Assembly: GCF_000143415.4 (NCBI RefSeq)
Contig: NW_003314281.1
Location: 1,042,833-1,106,832, forward strand
From: Selaginella moellendorffii
Taxonomy: Eukaryota > Plantae > Lycopodiophyta
DNA: 64,000 nt
Direction: 5' to 3'
A program made the translations under genes and the position numbers. The notes beneath the pieces were generated by a model that saw nothing but the letters and a program-made list of their open reading frames with translations, was not told the DNA's origin and made no database searches. Of this stretch, positions 1 through 13,506 are shown piece by piece. Each line of letters begins with the position of its first letter. Position 1 is the stretch's first letter.

Positions 1-141
1 TTTTTCTTTTTTAATATTCTAGCATATACTTTAATTTCATTCCATGTGTTCCATAATCCTAAACTCTCTGCTAACCATCCGATAAATTAAGGATATAGCA
101 GTCTATTTATAGTGAAGGTTTCTCGAATTCTCTCTAGGGAT

Positions 142-1629
142 ATGGAGGTAGTTTTCAGCAATGGCGCACGCACCCTTGGAATTCCTTTGCATGAAAGGCG
201 GGTTAAAGTCCCCGAGGTACTGAGGGCGTTTGGAGCTGGAGTTCTAATGTGGAAGGATGATGGCAGCCTCAAAAAGCTTGAAATGGGCAAGTCACCAGGC
301 GATGAGCTTAGCACTGATATCTTTACTCCTGGGAAGACGTATCAGGTAATCGAAGCCGTCACCTTTGCCGTCGGCTTTGGAGACAAGTATACTTTCCCTT
401 TATTTGATGGGAGGGTTAGAGTCAGAGAAGTCCTAGATGCTTGTAAAGCTGATGGGTTAAGGGTCGAGGATGTAGTAAATGTTCTCCGGGAGCAGGGAGA
501 ATTCAGCTTCTGCAGATTTCGCTCCATGAAGTATTCTGTCAGGTTGCTAGAGAGGTATCGCGTTGAGCGGGATGAGAAGGAAGACAAACTCACACATGCG
601 TACGTATTTGCAAGCCAAGGAATGAGGAAAGTTGAAGGTTGCGACATAGAGGATACATATGCAGTGGCTGCCACCCCAAGTGTATCTCTTTTTGGTGTGT
701 TCGATGGCCATAATGGATCAGCGGCATCTCGGTTCTGCGCAAAACACATGTTCAAGTACTTGACTCAGAACGAGTGTTTCCAAAGAGGCGAGTATGCCCA
801 GAGCCTCAAGGAAGTGTTCCTGCAGATGGACAGGCTAATGAGGAGCCAAGCTGGGCTGCAAGAGATCCAGAATCTGGCAAAGGAGCCCCCAGTGCACGAC
901 GATGCTATTGTTCTCACTGAGGAGCATGGACTAGGGGTGCAGATGGTATGGCCCGAGGACCATCCCGCTTATTACGTGCACGCCAGCCCTGGAACCTGTG
1001 CAGTAGTTGCGCTCGTGCTTGAAAAGAAGGTGTTCATCGCGAGTGCGGGGGATTGTCGCTGCAGCCTGTATAGCAACAAGAAACTGGTCCACTTAACCAC
1101 CGATCATTGGCCATCTACGCCGGAGGAATCAGCGAGGATCCGGAGAGCGGGGGGACAGGTATTGCAGGGAAGGGTGGCCATAGATTCGCTTTTAGGAGAT
1201 CCGGGTACGCTCAACATGTCGAGGGCAATAGGAGATCTTCATTTTAAGATGAACAACACGCTTCCTCAGGAGGAACAGATTGTTTCTGCTGCGCCTGATA
1301 TTGTCGAGGTTGACATCTCGAAAGACTGCGAGTTCTTGATAGTGAACTCCGATGGGGTGTGGAGGGATTATTTCGATACCAGATGTGAGACGATCAGCAA
1401 GGCCATCAAAGAAGATGACAAGGAAGCGGTAGAGAAAGCTGTGGGTATCGATATGAAAGTATTGAGGAACAAACCGTCATGGGGCAGACTTTTATTTGAA
1501 AGACGAGACGATGTGACTGTGATTGTGGTGTCCCTTAAACAAGCAGCATTGCACGGGGCAGATCATTTGAACATCAACAAGTATCCTGCTCATTTCAAGA
1601 AAAGTGAAATAGGGAGTGATAGGAAGTGA
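142..1629 (+). CDS. PP2C-family protein phosphatase with an unusual ~150-aa N-terminal extension; intronless
   Basis: PP2C motifs GMRK..IED, FGVFDGHNG, IASAGDCR, LTTDHWP, LNMSRAIGD, FLIVNSDGVW, DDVTVIVV. First ATG at 142 (the ORF-track start at 112 is GTG). Confidence 0.85.
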   Translation: MEVVFSNGARTLGIPLHERRVKVPEVLRAFGAGVLMWKDDGSLKKLEMGKSPGDELSTDIFTPGKTYQVIEAVTFAVGFGDKYTFPLFDGRVRVREVLDACKADGLRVEDVVNVLREQGEFSFCRFRSMKYSVRLLERYRVERDEKEDKLTHAYVFASQGMRKVEGCDIEDTYAVAATPSVSLFGVFDGHNGSAASRFCAKHMFKYLTQNECFQRGEYAQSLKEVFLQMDRLMRSQAGLQEIQNLAKEPPVHDDAIVLTEEHGLGVQMVWPEDHPAYYVHASPGTCAVVALVLEKKVFIASAGDCRCSLYSNKKLVHLTTDHWPSTPEESARIRRAGGQVLQGRVAIDSLLGDPGTLNMSRAIGDLHFKMNNTLPQEEQIVSAAPDIVEVDISKDCEFLIVNSDGVWRDYFDTRCETISKAIKEDDKEAVEKAVGIDMKVLRNKPSWGRLLFERRDDVTVIVVSLKQAALHGADHLNINKYPAHFKKSEIGSDRK

Positions 1630-2247
1630 TTCATTCGTCGTCTTAATCAATGTTATAGAAATAAGAGAAAACAGCTAAAAACTTGATGATACTTCAAATC
1701 ACCAACATCAATATAAAAATCATGATTTTTATCCATTCTCGCCTCTGGATCGACTCCCTTCCAATGTTCACCCCTTGTTGCTGGATTTGCAAGAAGAAGC
1801 TCTATGAAATCTTTCGTTCAATGTGTACTAATTAATTATAACTTATAATTTAAATTTAAATACATATTAATTCTATGTTATGGAATGGGATTCGATCCCA
1901 TGCCCTTACGGACTGAAACTAAGACCATCTTTAGCACGTAATTATTCTCCTAAACCAGTGTCATATGCATCTCTCGTATCGCTAGGTGTAAGCTTGGATT
2001 CTCTCCTCGTTGCGGGAACCCTCCTTGTGGCGCCGAGGATTGATGCCAATCGACCCAGGTATGAAATTTTCTCTCCGAGCAGTGAGATTCCTGTAGCTGT
2101 GTAGGGTTTAGCGAGCAGCACAGGCCATTTTCCTTTTTGATAGATCAACATTGAAGCTTAGATTCTCTTCTCCAGTGTTTTATCACTCTTTTCTATCGTC
2201 ACCCATTGTGTTTGTTTCTTTCACAGGTAACTGTGATCGCATTTGAG

Positions 2248-5200
2248 ATGGACCAAGATCCCAGCGAAAGAAACGCCACTCTCCTCGAAAACCGGAGCTC
2301 GAGACACTTCCGGTTTTGCATTGACAGGGGTGGAACTTTCACCGACGTCTACGCGGAAGTTCCGGGTGAGTGTGGTTTCAAGGCGATAAAGCTCCTCTCG
2401 GTGGATCCGGGCAACTATGACGATGCTCCCAGGGAAGGAATCCGGAGAATTCTCGAGGAGTTCACAGGAAAAAAGATCCCCAGGTCGGAGAAAATTCCCA
2501 CCGAGAACATCGACTGGATCCGCATGGGAACGACAGTGGCTACAAACGCTTTGCTCGAGAGGAAGGGAGAAAGAACTGCGCTGTGTGTCACCAAAGGCTT
2601 TCGAGATCTCCTCCGGATTGGAAACCAAGCACGGCCGAGTATTTTCGATCTCACGGCCTCCAAGCCGTCACCTTTGTATGAAGAAGTGGTGGAAGCCGAG
2701 GAGCGAGTGAGGCTGGCGCTGGAAAACGATGCTCTAGCCGACGAGAAAGTGGAAGTCGTGCAAGGGATCTCCGGAGAGCTCGTGGAGATTTTCAGGCCTC
2801 TGGATCTGGAAGCTCTGAGGCCATCGCTGGAGGGGCTGCTCGAGCAAGGGATCCAGAGCTTGGCGGTGGTGTTTCTACACTCCTATATCTTCCCAAGGCA
2901 CGAGCAGCAAGTGGAGAAGCTGGCCAAGTCGATGGGTTTCAAGCAAGTTTCGCTGTCCTCGGCATTGGTTCCAATGGTTCGTGCTGTTCCTCGAGGCCAC
3001 ACTGCGACAGTGGACGCGTACCTCACTCCCGTGATCAAGGACTACTTGGCTGGATTCCTCTCCGGTTTTGACGATGGTCTCGACAAAGTTATCGTCTCGT
3101 TCATGCAGTCCGATGGAGGACTCACTCCGGAGAGCCGGTTCTCGGGGCACAAGGCCATCCTCTCGGGCCCGGCTGGAGGAGTGGTCGGCTACGCGAAAAC
3201 TACTTTCGGACTGGAGACTCACCGGCCCTTGATCGGCTTCGACATGGGAGGAACTTCCACGGACGTGAGCCGATATGCCGGACACTACGAGCAAGTTTTG
3301 GAGACACAGACCGCCGGAGTGATCATCCAAGCTCCACAGTTGGATATCAACACCGTGGCTGCCGGAGGCGGCTCCAAGCTCAAGTTCCAAGTTGGTGTTT
3401 TCAAGGTTGGCCCCGAGTCCGTTGGAGCTCATCCGGGACCTGTGTGCTACAGGAAAGGTGGCCAACTTTCGGTCACGGACGCCAACTTGGTGCTCGGCCG
3501 GGTGATCCCGGACTACTTTCCATCCATCTTTGGGCCTCGCGAGGACGAGCCGCTCGATCTGGAAGCCGCAAAGGTGGCTTTCAAAACTTTGGCGGACGAG
3601 GTGAACGAGTACCGGCGGCAAGCGGACGAGAGCTCGGTGGAGATGAGCATCGAGCAGGTGGCGCTGGGATTTCTCGACGTAGCGAACGAAGCGATGTGTC
3701 GGCCGATCCGCCAGCTTACGGAGATGAAAGGATACGAGACGAGCCAGCACGCGTTGGCTTGCTTTGGAGGAGCGGGGCCGCAGCACGCTTGCGCCATCGC
3801 CAAAGCTCTGGGAATACGTGAGGTTGTGGTGCACAGGTACTGCGGGATCTTGAGTGCCTATGGCATGGGACTTGCGGACGTTGTGGAAGACGCACAGGAG
3901 CCTTACGCTGCTACTTACGGACTGGAAGTCATGGCCGAGGTGTCCAAACGAGCTCGAGCTTTAGCTCAGCACGTAACTCGGGAGCTCAAGGCTCAAAACT
4001 TTCGCGACCAGGATATCTCCACCGACTTGTTCCTCAACTTGCGATACGAAGGCACCGACACGACCATCATGATCGCCGAGCCCGAGGACGGGGACTTTGG
4101 AAAGGCCTTCGTCCGCGAGTTTCGTCGGGAGTATGGATTCGAGCTGCTCAACCGGAAGATCCTCATCAGCGACGTAAGAGTTCGCGGTACCGGGATGAGC
4201 AACATTTTGAAGCCTTTGCTTCTGGACAAAGCTGACAGTGGCGATCCTCTAGCGGAGGATAGGAAGCACAGAGTTTACTTTGGAACCGGCTGGCACGACA
4301 CTCGAGTATACTTGCTAGAGAAGCTTGGCTATGGTCACGAGCTGCCAGGGCCTTGCATCGTCATGAATGGGAACAGCACCATCGTCGTGGAGCCGAACAG
4401 CAAAGCCTTCATCACAAAGCATGGAAATATCAAGATAGAGGTCGGGACGAGCGCAGCAAGCTCTGATGATCATCCATCACCCAAGGTTGATACGAAGCTC
4501 GACGTGATCCAGCTCTCCATCTTCAACAACAGGTTCATGGGAATCGCCGAGCAGATGGGAAGAACACTCCAGCGAACTTCCATCTCCACAAACATCAAGG
4601 AGAGGCTGGATTTCTCATGCGCTCTCTTCAGTCCAACGGGGGGCCTGGTTGCAAACGCTCCACACGTACCCGTGCACCTGGGAGCCATGTCCAGCACGGT
4701 ACAATGGCAGCTCGAGTTCTGGCGTGACAACTTGCGAGAAGGCGACGTGCTCGTCACAAACCATCCAGCCGCCGGTGGAAGCCATCTTCCAGACATTACC
4801 GTCGTCACCCCGGTTTTCCGAGATGGCAAGATCATCTTCTTCGTCGCCAGCCGCGGACACCACGCAGAGATCGGTGGGATCACCCCCGGAAGCATGCCAC
4901 CTTTCTCGAAGACGATCCGGGAGGAGGGAGCGGCGATCAAAGCGTTCAAGCTGGTGGAAGGAGGCGTGTTTCAGGAAGATGGCATTGTCAAGATCCTCAA
5001 GGCGAAGACTCTCGACGACGGAGAAACGGATACTATCATCCCCGGGACGAGAAAACTCGAGGACAACCTCTCCGACTTGCGAGCACAGGTTGCGGCAAAC
5101 CAACGAGGAATCGGGCTCATAGCCGAGCTTATCGACGAGTATGGACTGGAAGTTGTGCAAGCGTACATGGGACACGTCCAGGCCAACGCCGAGGCCGCGG

Positions 5201-6102
5201 TGCGCGAGATGCTAAAGTCCGTGGCGGCGAAACACTCACACAAGCGAAGAGAGGATCACGATCACTCGCTGGTGGTGCTCGAGGCCGAGGACTACATGGA
5301 CGACGGCTCCACGATCAAGCTGGAGCTCACCATCGACTCCAAGCTCGGCCAAGCACGCTTCGACTTCGCTGGAACCAGTCCGGAAGTTTATGGAAACTGG
5401 AACGCTCCCGAGGCCGTGACCGCCGCCGCGGTGATCTACTGCCTGCGCTGCCTGGTGGACGTGGACATTCCCTTGAACCAGGGGTGTCTAGCTCCGGTCT
5501 CCATCGCCATCCCGAAAGGATCGTTTCTATCGCCCAGTGACAAGGCCGCGGTGGTGGGAGGCAACGTTTTGACGTCGCAGAGGGTGACGGACGTGGTTCT
5601 CTCGGCCTTCGAGGCGTGTGCGTGCTCGCAAGGATGCATGAACAACCTCACGTTTGGAGACGAGAGCTTTGGATACTACGAGACGATCGCGGGTGGAAGT
5701 GGAGCCGGGCCGGGTTGGAGTGGAAGCAGCGGCGTCCAGTGTCATATGACCAACACCAGGATGACCGACGCCGAGATTTTCGAGCAGCGGTATCCGGTGC
5801 TGCTGCGGGGATTTGGATTGAGGGAGGGGAGTGGAGGTAGTGGAGAGTTTCGGGGTGGCGATGGAGTGGTGCGTGAGATCGAGTTCCGGAGGGGCGTGAC
5901 GGTGAGTGTTTTGTCCGAGAGGAGAGTGCATGCTCCGCGGGGGTTGTGCGGCGGAGGGAATGGAGCTCGCGGGGTGAACTTGGTGCTGAGGAAGGATGGG
6001 AGGTGTGTCAACCTTGGAGGGAAGAACACTGTGCGTGTGGAGGCTGGGGAGGTGCTGAGGATTCTCACGCCTGGAGGTGGTGGCTATGGTGGAGCTCCAT
6101 AG
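2248..6102 (+). CDS. OXP1: 5-oxoprolinase (ATP-hydrolysing), hydantoinase A/B fusion
   Basis: [55 protein letters not shown]. Intronless CDS; probable 5'UTR intron 2059-2226; first ATG at 2248. Confidence 0.95.
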   Translation: MDQDPSERNATLLENRSSRHFRFCIDRGGTFTDVYAEVPGECGFKAIKLLSVDPGNYDDAPREGIRRILEEFTGKKIPRSEKIPTENIDWIRMGTTVATNALLERKGERTALCVTKGFRDLLRIGNQARPSIFDLTASKPSPLYEEVVEAEERVRLALENDALADEKVEVVQGISGELVEIFRPLDLEALRPSLEGLLEQGIQSLAVVFLHSYIFPRHEQQVEKLAKSMGFKQVSLSSALVPMVRAVPRGHTATVDAYLTPVIKDYLAGFLSGFDDGLDKVIVSFMQSDGGLTPESRFSGHKAILSGPAGGVVGYAKTTFGLETHRPLIGFDMGGTSTDVSRYAGHYEQVLETQTAGVIIQAPQLDINTVAAGGGSKLKFQVGVFKVGPESVGAHPGPVCYRKGGQLSVTDANLVLGRVIPDYFPSIFGPREDEPLDLEAAKVAFKTLADEVNEYRRQADESSVEMSIEQVALGFLDVANEAMCRPIRQLTEMKGYETSQHALACFGGAGPQHACAIAKALGIREVVVHRYCGILSAYGMGLADVVEDAQEPYAATYGLEVMAEVSKRARALAQHVTRELKAQNFRDQDISTDLFLNLRYEGTDTTIMIAEPEDGDFGKAFVREFRREYGFELLNRKILISDVRVRGTGMSNILKPLLLDKADSGDPLAEDRKHRVYFGTGWHDTRVYLLEKLGYGHELPGPCIVMNGNSTIVVEPNSKAFITKHGNIKIEVGTSAASSDDHPSPKVDTKLDVIQLSIFNNRFMGIAEQMGRTLQRTSISTNIKERLDFSCALFSPTGGLVANAPHVPVHLGAMSSTVQWQLEFWRDNLREGDVLVTNHPAAGGSHLPDITVVTPVFRDGKIIFFVASRGHHAEIGGITPGSMPPFSKTIREEGAAIKAFKLVEGGVFQEDGIVKILKAKTLDDGETDTIIPGTRKLEDNLSDLRAQVAANQRGIGLIAELIDEYGLEVVQAYMGHVQANAEAAVREMLKSVAAKHSHKRREDHDHSLVVLEAEDYMDDGSTIKLELTIDSKLGQARFDFAGTSPEVYGNWNAPEAVTAAAVIYCLRCLVDVDIPLNQGCLAPVSIAIPKGSFLSPSDKAAVVGGNVLTSQRVTDVVLSAFEACACSQGCMNNLTFGDESFGYYETIAGGSGAGPGWSGSSGVQCHMTNTRMTDAEIFEQRYPVLLRGFGLREGSGGSGEFRGGDGVVREIEFRRGVTVSVLSERRVHAPRGLCGGGNGARGVNLVLRKDGRCVNLGGKNTVRVEAGEVLRILTPGGGGYGGAP

Positions 6103-6402
6103 AGAGGTAAAGAAAAATTGTTTTTTTCCTTCTCAACTTGTGCTCTTTTTTTTCTTTTCGATCAGCTATTTTTTGCAAAGCCACCGTTCGCAATCTCTCG
6201 CTGGACGTGCTTGCTCTCCACAAACTGGTATGGATCTTCTCTTTTTTTTTTCTCTCGAGAAGTTTGCTTTCGTTTATCAGTTGGAACTTTTGAGACGATC
6301 TCTAGATAACTGGTAAGCATATCCTGCGTTTTGTTTGTCTGGTTGGTGGTGTAGCTGAAATAAAAAGGATGAGAAAGTTGGCTCTAGTCTAGCCCTACGA
6401 AA

Positions 6403-7425
6403 ATGCTCAAGTTTGTGGTGGCTTCCTCCGTGCTGGCTGGAGCTGGATTGCTCCTCCACGCGTCGCCGCCACTCAAATCACCATATAGCTCAAGCACAGG
6501 TGGAGCGCCTTTACCTTCTTCTTCTTCGTTTTCCAGGGGTCGCTACTACCGACCATTCTTTGCAAGGCCTGCTTTTGCCGAGGAGCTCAAGTCTTCCTCG
6601 TCTTACCCAAGATCGGCTACCGGTAAGTTGCTTGCTTGCTTGTTTTCTACTAAAGTTTTTATTGTGGTTTTCTTCTTCCAGGTCGCTCCACTGTACAAGT
6701 CGAGCCCAGTACAGGATTTGGATTTTCCAATCTCGAAAAACTCCCGGGAGCGTCTTGTGAGTTGTCTCTTCTCGGCCTCGGTGAGCTCTCCATATTTTGG
6801 TTTGATTTTGTTTCTGTGAGTTTTACCATGCTCTTGAACGCAGGAGTCAGGGAAAAGAAGATTGCCTTTGTTGCTGTGAAAGCCTATGCAGTGGGATTTT
6901 ATGCGAACAAGGAACAGCTCCCAAACGACTGGGACAAGAACTTTTTGGTCGAAGGTTGGCCTTTTATTCTTTTGTTTGTCCATGGAAAGCGCACACTCAA
7001 ACTTTTGCAGGAGCATTTGAGAAGGGCCTGGTGGTCAAGCTTGCGCGTGACGTCAGTGGTGCACTTTTCTCGTCAGCCTTGAATGACGAACTCAAGCCTC
7101 GGCTAAAATCATCACCCGAGGGCGAGAAAATCCTTTCCGAATTTGGGAAGCTCTTCCAGAACCGGAAGCTGAAAAAAGGTACAACAGTCTACTTCACTTG
7201 GATCCAACCTGATACTCTCTACGTAAGTTTTTGCTTGGTAAGTTCCAGCGCAAGAAATTTGGAGTGATTTTGTAGGTTGGAGTATCAGATGGCGAAACTC
7301 CTGCGACTCCAAACTCTACGTTTGTCTCTGGATTCTTTGCATCAAGACTCTTCGATGTTTACTTGGGAGAGAAATCGGTCTCACCGTCACTCAAGGCTTC
7401 CATAGCTGATCATCTTCATGTATGA
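6403..7425 (+). CDS. Chalcone-isomerase-fold fatty-acid-binding protein (FAP3-like), multi-exon
   Basis: Exons encode GVREKKIAFVAVKAYAVGFY, KLARDVSGALFSSALNDELKPR, LKKGTTVYFTW, LFDVYLGEKSVSPSLKASIA; TGA at 7423-7425. Confidence 0.8.
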
Positions 7426-7812
7426 GAGGTTTGTATTTATTTATTTATTTCAAGAGTTCTTTAAAAGCGGCGAGACTCAGAGAATTTACAGACAATACCA
7501 ATTGGAGCTTCAGCGAACGGTGATGGGAGCTTGAACAGCAGTGAAAGACACAAGTGTATAATCCACTCTGTGGAAAGCTGAAAGTTTCTTGTTTAGGTAC
7601 CTTTGTACGTTCTAGACTCCAGTTCACTGACCACGAGAGTGTTCGCTTAGGATGTGATCCCTAAGTTTGACACTAACGGCCTTTTGGATACTGGATTCAC
7701 TAGAGCTTGAGAAAGAGCCCTCTTCAACAATATTGGTGGAGTAGCTGTCAAGACTTTTAAGAGATATAAGTCCCAAGAGCTCACCATATGTGCCATTTTG
7801 TAACTTGTTTAA

Positions 7813-7888
7813 TATGTGCGTGTGTAGTGGTTAAAATGCTTCATACAAAGTATGTGCGTGTGTAGTGGTTAAAATGCTTTATACAAAA
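7813..7888. repeat. Two-copy direct repeat (tatgtgcgtgtgtagtggttaaaatgctt...atacaaa)
   Basis: Copies start at ~7813 and ~7851. Confidence 0.8.
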
Positions 7889-8030
7889 GGATCAAGAGTA
7901 ATTGGCAACATTTACAAAATCCCCTAATGCCTCCTTTTAATATTTCTTTAGATCTTAGTTTGTCCAATAGTCACTTCAAAAGGAGGGGATAATGTGAGGT
8001 CATTACAATGTTATATACTAATATTAGCAT

Positions 8031-8032
<2 letters not shown>

Positions 8033-8073
<41 letters not shown>
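8033..8073. repeat. (TA)n microsatellite
   Basis: About 20 TA units, read directly. Confidence 0.95.
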
Positions 8074-8075
<2 letters not shown>

Positions 8076-10227
8076 AAGAAGTTATTTAAAGTATTGAAAT
8101 TCAAACTTTAAAACTCAAGAATACGAAGAAATAGCAGTTGCCACTATGTAAGACTAGTTAAAAGTGCAAATTAACACTCAAACCCTATTTATATCTTTTT
8201 TATATCTTAGCCTTCCATCATTAATGTATATACACATGTTTAAGATCTAGAGCACTTAAGCAATACTAAACTTATCCTTAGTGTTTTTACTAACAATTAT
8301 GGTGGAATAAAAGGTATTGCAAGATAAAATGGATTGATAGTAAGAGATTTCAAGAAAAGTAAAAAAGAAACAAAAGAAACAAGAAAGTAAAGAAATTTTG
8401 AAGATTATAATGAATTTTGACAAAAAAAAAAAAACAATCTAATTCAGTTCAAGATGACAAAGATTTCTCTATAACTTTTCTTTAAACTTGAAGCAATTAT
8501 AACCAATTTAGTTAGAGGTAAATGAAAACTCAAAGTTTTGATAATCAAGAAAATTTCTTGATACTCAAGAAAAGTTCTTACCATTTAAGGCTCAATAAAC
8601 TCAAAAAAATCTTCTAGACATTGAAATATTTTTTCAACAAATGTAGAAAATTAATAAAACAACATAATTATCCCTTTGGAGATAAAAAATGTACAAGATA
8701 TGAAGACTATCTCTTTTGCAATTTTTAAAATTATGTTAAACCAACCTTATACTAAATGCTATGTAAAGAAAGAATGTGATTACTACATCATAAAGAAGAC
8801 TGTTTTGAAGATTAAAAATGCCAATAAAGAAGTTAACAAAAAGGAAAATTAAAAAAAATATGAGTGTACTCAAAGAAGACCATACCATTTTGCAAGAGTC
8901 CTAACTCAGATTTATCAAGATTATATTTTCTTTCATACTTTTATTAAATTTTTAGGAACACATAAACAAGAAAACTTTATACCAATCATATTAGTTTTTT
9001 ATAATAAACTTTCCTGAGCATTAGCTAAAAAATTTATAATATAGCATTACAAACCTATTGTCTTCTAAAAATCACTATCCATCTTAGGGTTTGCATTTGA
9101 ATCATCTTCATATTTTTGTGAAGCATTAGCTGCATCATTTAAATCATGTTGGTAAGTTTTGACATAGCTTCTTTTTCCAAGTGACTGAAGCAAGTTATAT
9201 ATTTATTTGAAGGTGGTGATAATAGCTTCTAAAACAATCACACATAGGTGGCCAAGCAATGAGAACTTAGCGAAAAGTAGCCATTGTGTCATATTTATAA
9301 TGCTAAAGTGACAAAAATTAGCAAAAACAATATCTTTGGACCAGGTTGTTGATTATATTGTTTTGCAGCTTGCCATATTTAATTTTCTGAAATAGTTTAG
9401 TACTTATTCCCACTCATCTGTGTGGGACCCTTGCCCTCTATTAAATCTACATTTGCAGGGCAGATCAGCAAAATCTTCTAATGCAACTCAAAGCAATAGC
9501 AATTTGAAACAAAATCTTCTGATCATCATCATGGAGAAATAGCTAAAAGGAAACATAAACTACAAAAGGATGTCCAGCAAGGAATGAGTAGGAAATGTAC
9601 TCTTTGCACATGGAAAGTGGCATAGCCTTGGCTCAGGTTCTAGGCCTCTAAATAACAAAACCATAACTAGCAAAAGTTAATTTGAGAAATATAGAGAAGA
9701 AAAGAAATTAAAAAAATGTAGAACAAAGTGAACTTGAACATTACAAAAGTACCTCTTTAAATGAGTACCATTGATGGGATGTAATTGATGAAATTGCTCT
9801 GTAATGTGGTATTAGTGAGTACCCGCATTAACCAACACTTGGAATGGGCCAAGTTGAAACTTCACTCAGTGATAACTCACCAAATGCCAAACGAGATCAC
9901 CAGGAAAGAAAGTCTCACCTCGTTGTCGTGCATGACTGAATCAACTCGTCAGCACGATCTAGAGTTGCTGCTCGAAAACCGAGAAGAGGCCAGGGTATGT
10001 GACACTGACTCTAGTGTTGCCATTGTTATCAGTGATGGAGGCATAGAGAAGACTGGATGAAAAAAATTCCCTAAAAATTTTTAAAGTTCATTCTTTCACA
10101 TTGTTGCACAAAACGGATATCGTTAGCAAAACATGTCAAAGCGAAAAGCTTATAGACTCTTCGAAGAAACCAGACTTTATCTAAAAAAATGCTTATCTGA
10201 CAAGAGAGCGCTTCTAGAATCGATCAC

Positions 10228-11032
10228 TTAGATGAGCTTCTCGATGAAATCCGCAGCGATTGCAACCGCCCCTCCCGTTAGAGCACCGCTCACCACGGCC
10301 TCGGCGCGAGGATTGGGCTCCGTCAGGGACACGGCGGCTCCAGCCAGTGCTCCTCCAAACATGGCGTTCTTCTGCGCTCGAGCGATCATGCCACGAAAAA
10401 GAGAACATCCATCAATCAATCTTTCAATCATGAACATCCAGGAGGAAAACTTAAAATACGTACCCAGTCGTGAACACCACGGGCTTCCTTCAAACTGATC
10501 GTGGCGCTCGAATAGATTCCAGAGGCCAGGCCTATCAAGTCAGAGACACAGTAGTTTATAGTCAAAAGAGAAAAAGAAAAAAAAGAGAGCTTACCCCACT
10601 GCACAGCTTGCTTCCCGACGGTAAACGCCTAAACCAGGAACAACAACAAAGAAAGTAATGAGAATCATCCCAAAGATAATGTATTCTTTTGTATAGATCA
10701 TACCGCCTCTTCCAGCTGCAACGGGCACTTCGAAGACTTCTTGTCTAGAAACGCAAAAAGGAAAGAATCATCGATCGATTTGAAGCGATACGAGAAGGAT
10801 ACCAGAATTCAAGCTCGTAGACACGAAATCCGCCGCTTCCCTTGCAGCAATCTGAGAGGTCGCGTGGACGAGGCCGACCTGACAAAGAATCGATGATCAG
10901 AGGCGACCAAGAAAGGGAGATTTCGCAAAGACTCACGGCGCCGGCCTTGAGAAACGCCTCCACGGAGCGATTCACAACCGGGTGACCAAGATCCAAGAAG
11001 ACATCGTCATCGCCTTTTCCAAAGCCCGCCAT
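10228..11032 (-). CDS. OEP16: Plastid outer envelope pore protein 16 (Tim17/22/23 family), multi-exon
   Basis: MAGFGKGDDDVFLDLGHPVVNRSVEAFLKAG...KNAMFGGALAGAAVSL...GALTGGAVAIAADFI. Confidence 0.85.
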
Positions 11033-11259
11033 TATATCTGGCGCCAAGAAAGAAGCGGCAATTTCAACAAGGCGCTGGAAAGATCGATCTAGGTATCTTG
11101 ATCGATCGCGAGAGAAGAAGCGCGCGCATACCTGGACGCCTGCGAAAAAGATTAGGGAGCTCCTAAAAAACCCTGGCACGAGATAAGAGAGTAGCATTCA
11201 ATCTCGGCCGTCCGATTTTAAACCTTGCCATTTTTGGGTTTTAGGGTTCTTCGCTGTTC

Positions 11260-13506
11260 ATGGCGACAAAGAATGCCGAGCAGAGGATTGCGGGATTGCC
11301 GGCGGCATTGCAAGCACTGCGCGAGCTCGTTGTGTGGCCCGTGAGATTCTCGGCTGAAGCCTCGTCGATCGGCCTCAAGGTAGTGTTTCCGCAGTGGAAT
11401 CTAGCTGATTGAGTGAAATTTCTAGTGGTCTAGGGGTCTTCTTCTTCACGGGCCTCCGGGAACTGGAAAGGTATGAGTTACACTCGCATTTTTTCTTTCT
11501 TTCTGGTCGATTGATCTGACAATGCAGACGACTCTTGTCCGTGCTATTGCCGAGGAATGTAACGCTCATCTTATATCACTCAGGTGGACATTTTCTTAGT
11601 GTTTTCTAGGATTTTTTTCTTAGTTTCTCGCTACAGTGCAGGTTCCGTACACAAGGCTTACGCTGGAGAGAGTGAGCGAGTTCTCAGGGATGCTTTCTCT
11701 GAGGCTGGAAAGCATGCGGAGAATGGCTCTCCAGCGATTATCTTTATTGATGAGATTGATACTCTTTGTCCCCGCCGTGATGCAAGGTAACCATGTCTGC
11801 GAGAAAAAAGGTGACAATTAATTCTCGGTTTCTCCCTTGCAAGGCGAGAGCAGGAATCGCGATTGGTCGCGCAGCTGAACACTCTAATGGACGGTGTTGC
11901 AAAATCTAGCGAAGAGTCCTCTAAAGTGTTCGTCGTCGCTGCAACGAACAGGTGAACTATATTACGTGCCTTCCCAAGATGGTTTTATGATTTGATAATA
12001 AGTTAGAGTGAATGCAGTCGATCCATCACTTCGAAGACCAGGCCGTTTCGATAAGGAAATTCTGGTGAACGCGCCAAACGCGAGCGAACGGTTTCAAATC
12101 TTGAATGTAAGTCTTCTGTGGTTTTACCACATTGATTTTGTTTGTTTTTTTTTTCCTTCATACAGCTTTACGCGCAAAACATTCCTATGGACAGCAGTGT
12201 CGACCTCGAAGCTCTTGCAGATCGATGTAGTGGCTACGTGGGCGCCGACCTGGAAGCTCTGTGTCGAGAAGCTGCAATGGCAGCTCTCCGGAGATCATTG
12301 AAGAATGGCAGCGAAGAAGACGAGAAGCTTGTTACTTCCAAAGATTGGGACAGTGCTCGGACGAAAGTTGGTCCAAGTGTTGTGAGGGGCGTTGCAGCAG
12401 ACGTTCCGAAAGTGTCGTGGGATGAAATTGGTGGCTTGCAAGATGTGAAGGTTCATCCTCTCTTATCTTGTCCTTTGTTTCTTCTGATGGTTTTACTGTT
12501 CTTGTTCTTTTGCAGAAAAAGCTTCAACAGTCTGTGGAGTGGCCAATTAAACATTCCGTCGCTTTCCAGAGGCTAGGACTGCGCGCCGATCGTGGAGTTC
12601 TATTGCACGGACCACCTGGATGCTCGAAGACTACACTTGTCAAGGCCGTCGCTCACGCTGCACAAGCTACTCTTTTCTCATTAAGGTCCGGATCAAGTTT
12701 TTAAACGTTGAGCGAGTTTTTGTTTCTAATGTCATTAACACAGTGGAGCCGAAATGTACTCCATGTACGTCGGAGAAGGCGAAGCACTTTTGCGCGACAC
12801 ATTTCGTTTGGCTCGAGTGGCAAAGCCAAGCATGATCTTCTTCGACGAGGTGGACGCCATCGCGTCCAGCCGGTAAGTCCGTCCATCACTCATTCCTTGT
12901 TTGTTTCTTATATTTTCAACATTGGCAGAGAAGATAACTCCAAAGATGGGCACTCGGTTGGCGAAAGACTACTATCGACAGTGTTGACAGAGATTGATGG
13001 ACTTGAAACACTGCAGGCATGGGATTACTTTGTATCCTACTTTGTGACTAAATCCGGCTTATGCAGGGTGTCCTCGTCGTAGGAGCCACAAATCGACCGT
13101 CAGCTATAGACTCGGCCTTGTTAAGGCCGGGGCGTTTCGATCGTGTAAGTGAGCAGAGGTACAGTTCGTCACTGTTTCATCTTACAGTTTCATCTTTGTC
13201 TTCCAGGTGATCTATGTTCCACCTCCAGATGCTTCGGAAAGGTTAGAAATCCTGCTCGTCCACACCAAAAAGATGGCTCTCGCTCCCGACGTCGACCTCG
13301 GACAGATTGCCAACGCTACCGAGTGCTTCACCGGGGCTGAATTGGCATCGCTGTGCCGAGAAGCCGCCATCGCTGCTCTGCGAGAAGACGTCGAGAACGC
13401 GAGCGTGGTGTGTAACAGGCACTTCCAACACGCGAGAGATCACATCTCTCCCGCGCTCACGAAGCTGGAAATCGCGAGCTATGAAAGCTTCTCGCGGGAA
13501 AGATAG
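11260..13506 (+). CDS. CDC48B: Double AAA ATPase, CDC48B / AFG2B (SPATA5L1)-like
   Basis: Walker A GPPGTGK and GPPGCSKT, Walker [23 protein letters not shown], no N-domain. One GC-AG intron at 13017-13066. Confidence 0.85.

Larger units (their letters stand above)
7700..9800. mobile_element. AT-rich, CpG-poor gene-free block; probable decayed transposon remnant
   Basis: Sharp compositional shift, almost no CG dinucleotides, no long ORF, internal direct repeat and (TA)n. No TIR/LTR or transposase motif recognised. Confidence 0.3.

Noticed and set aside
2221-6068. Many long antisense/alternate-frame ORFs over OXP1 (up to 319 aa), and similar ones over GID1, the PPRs and IF2
   Set aside because: Shadow ORFs of GC-rich coding sequence with no recognisable motifs.
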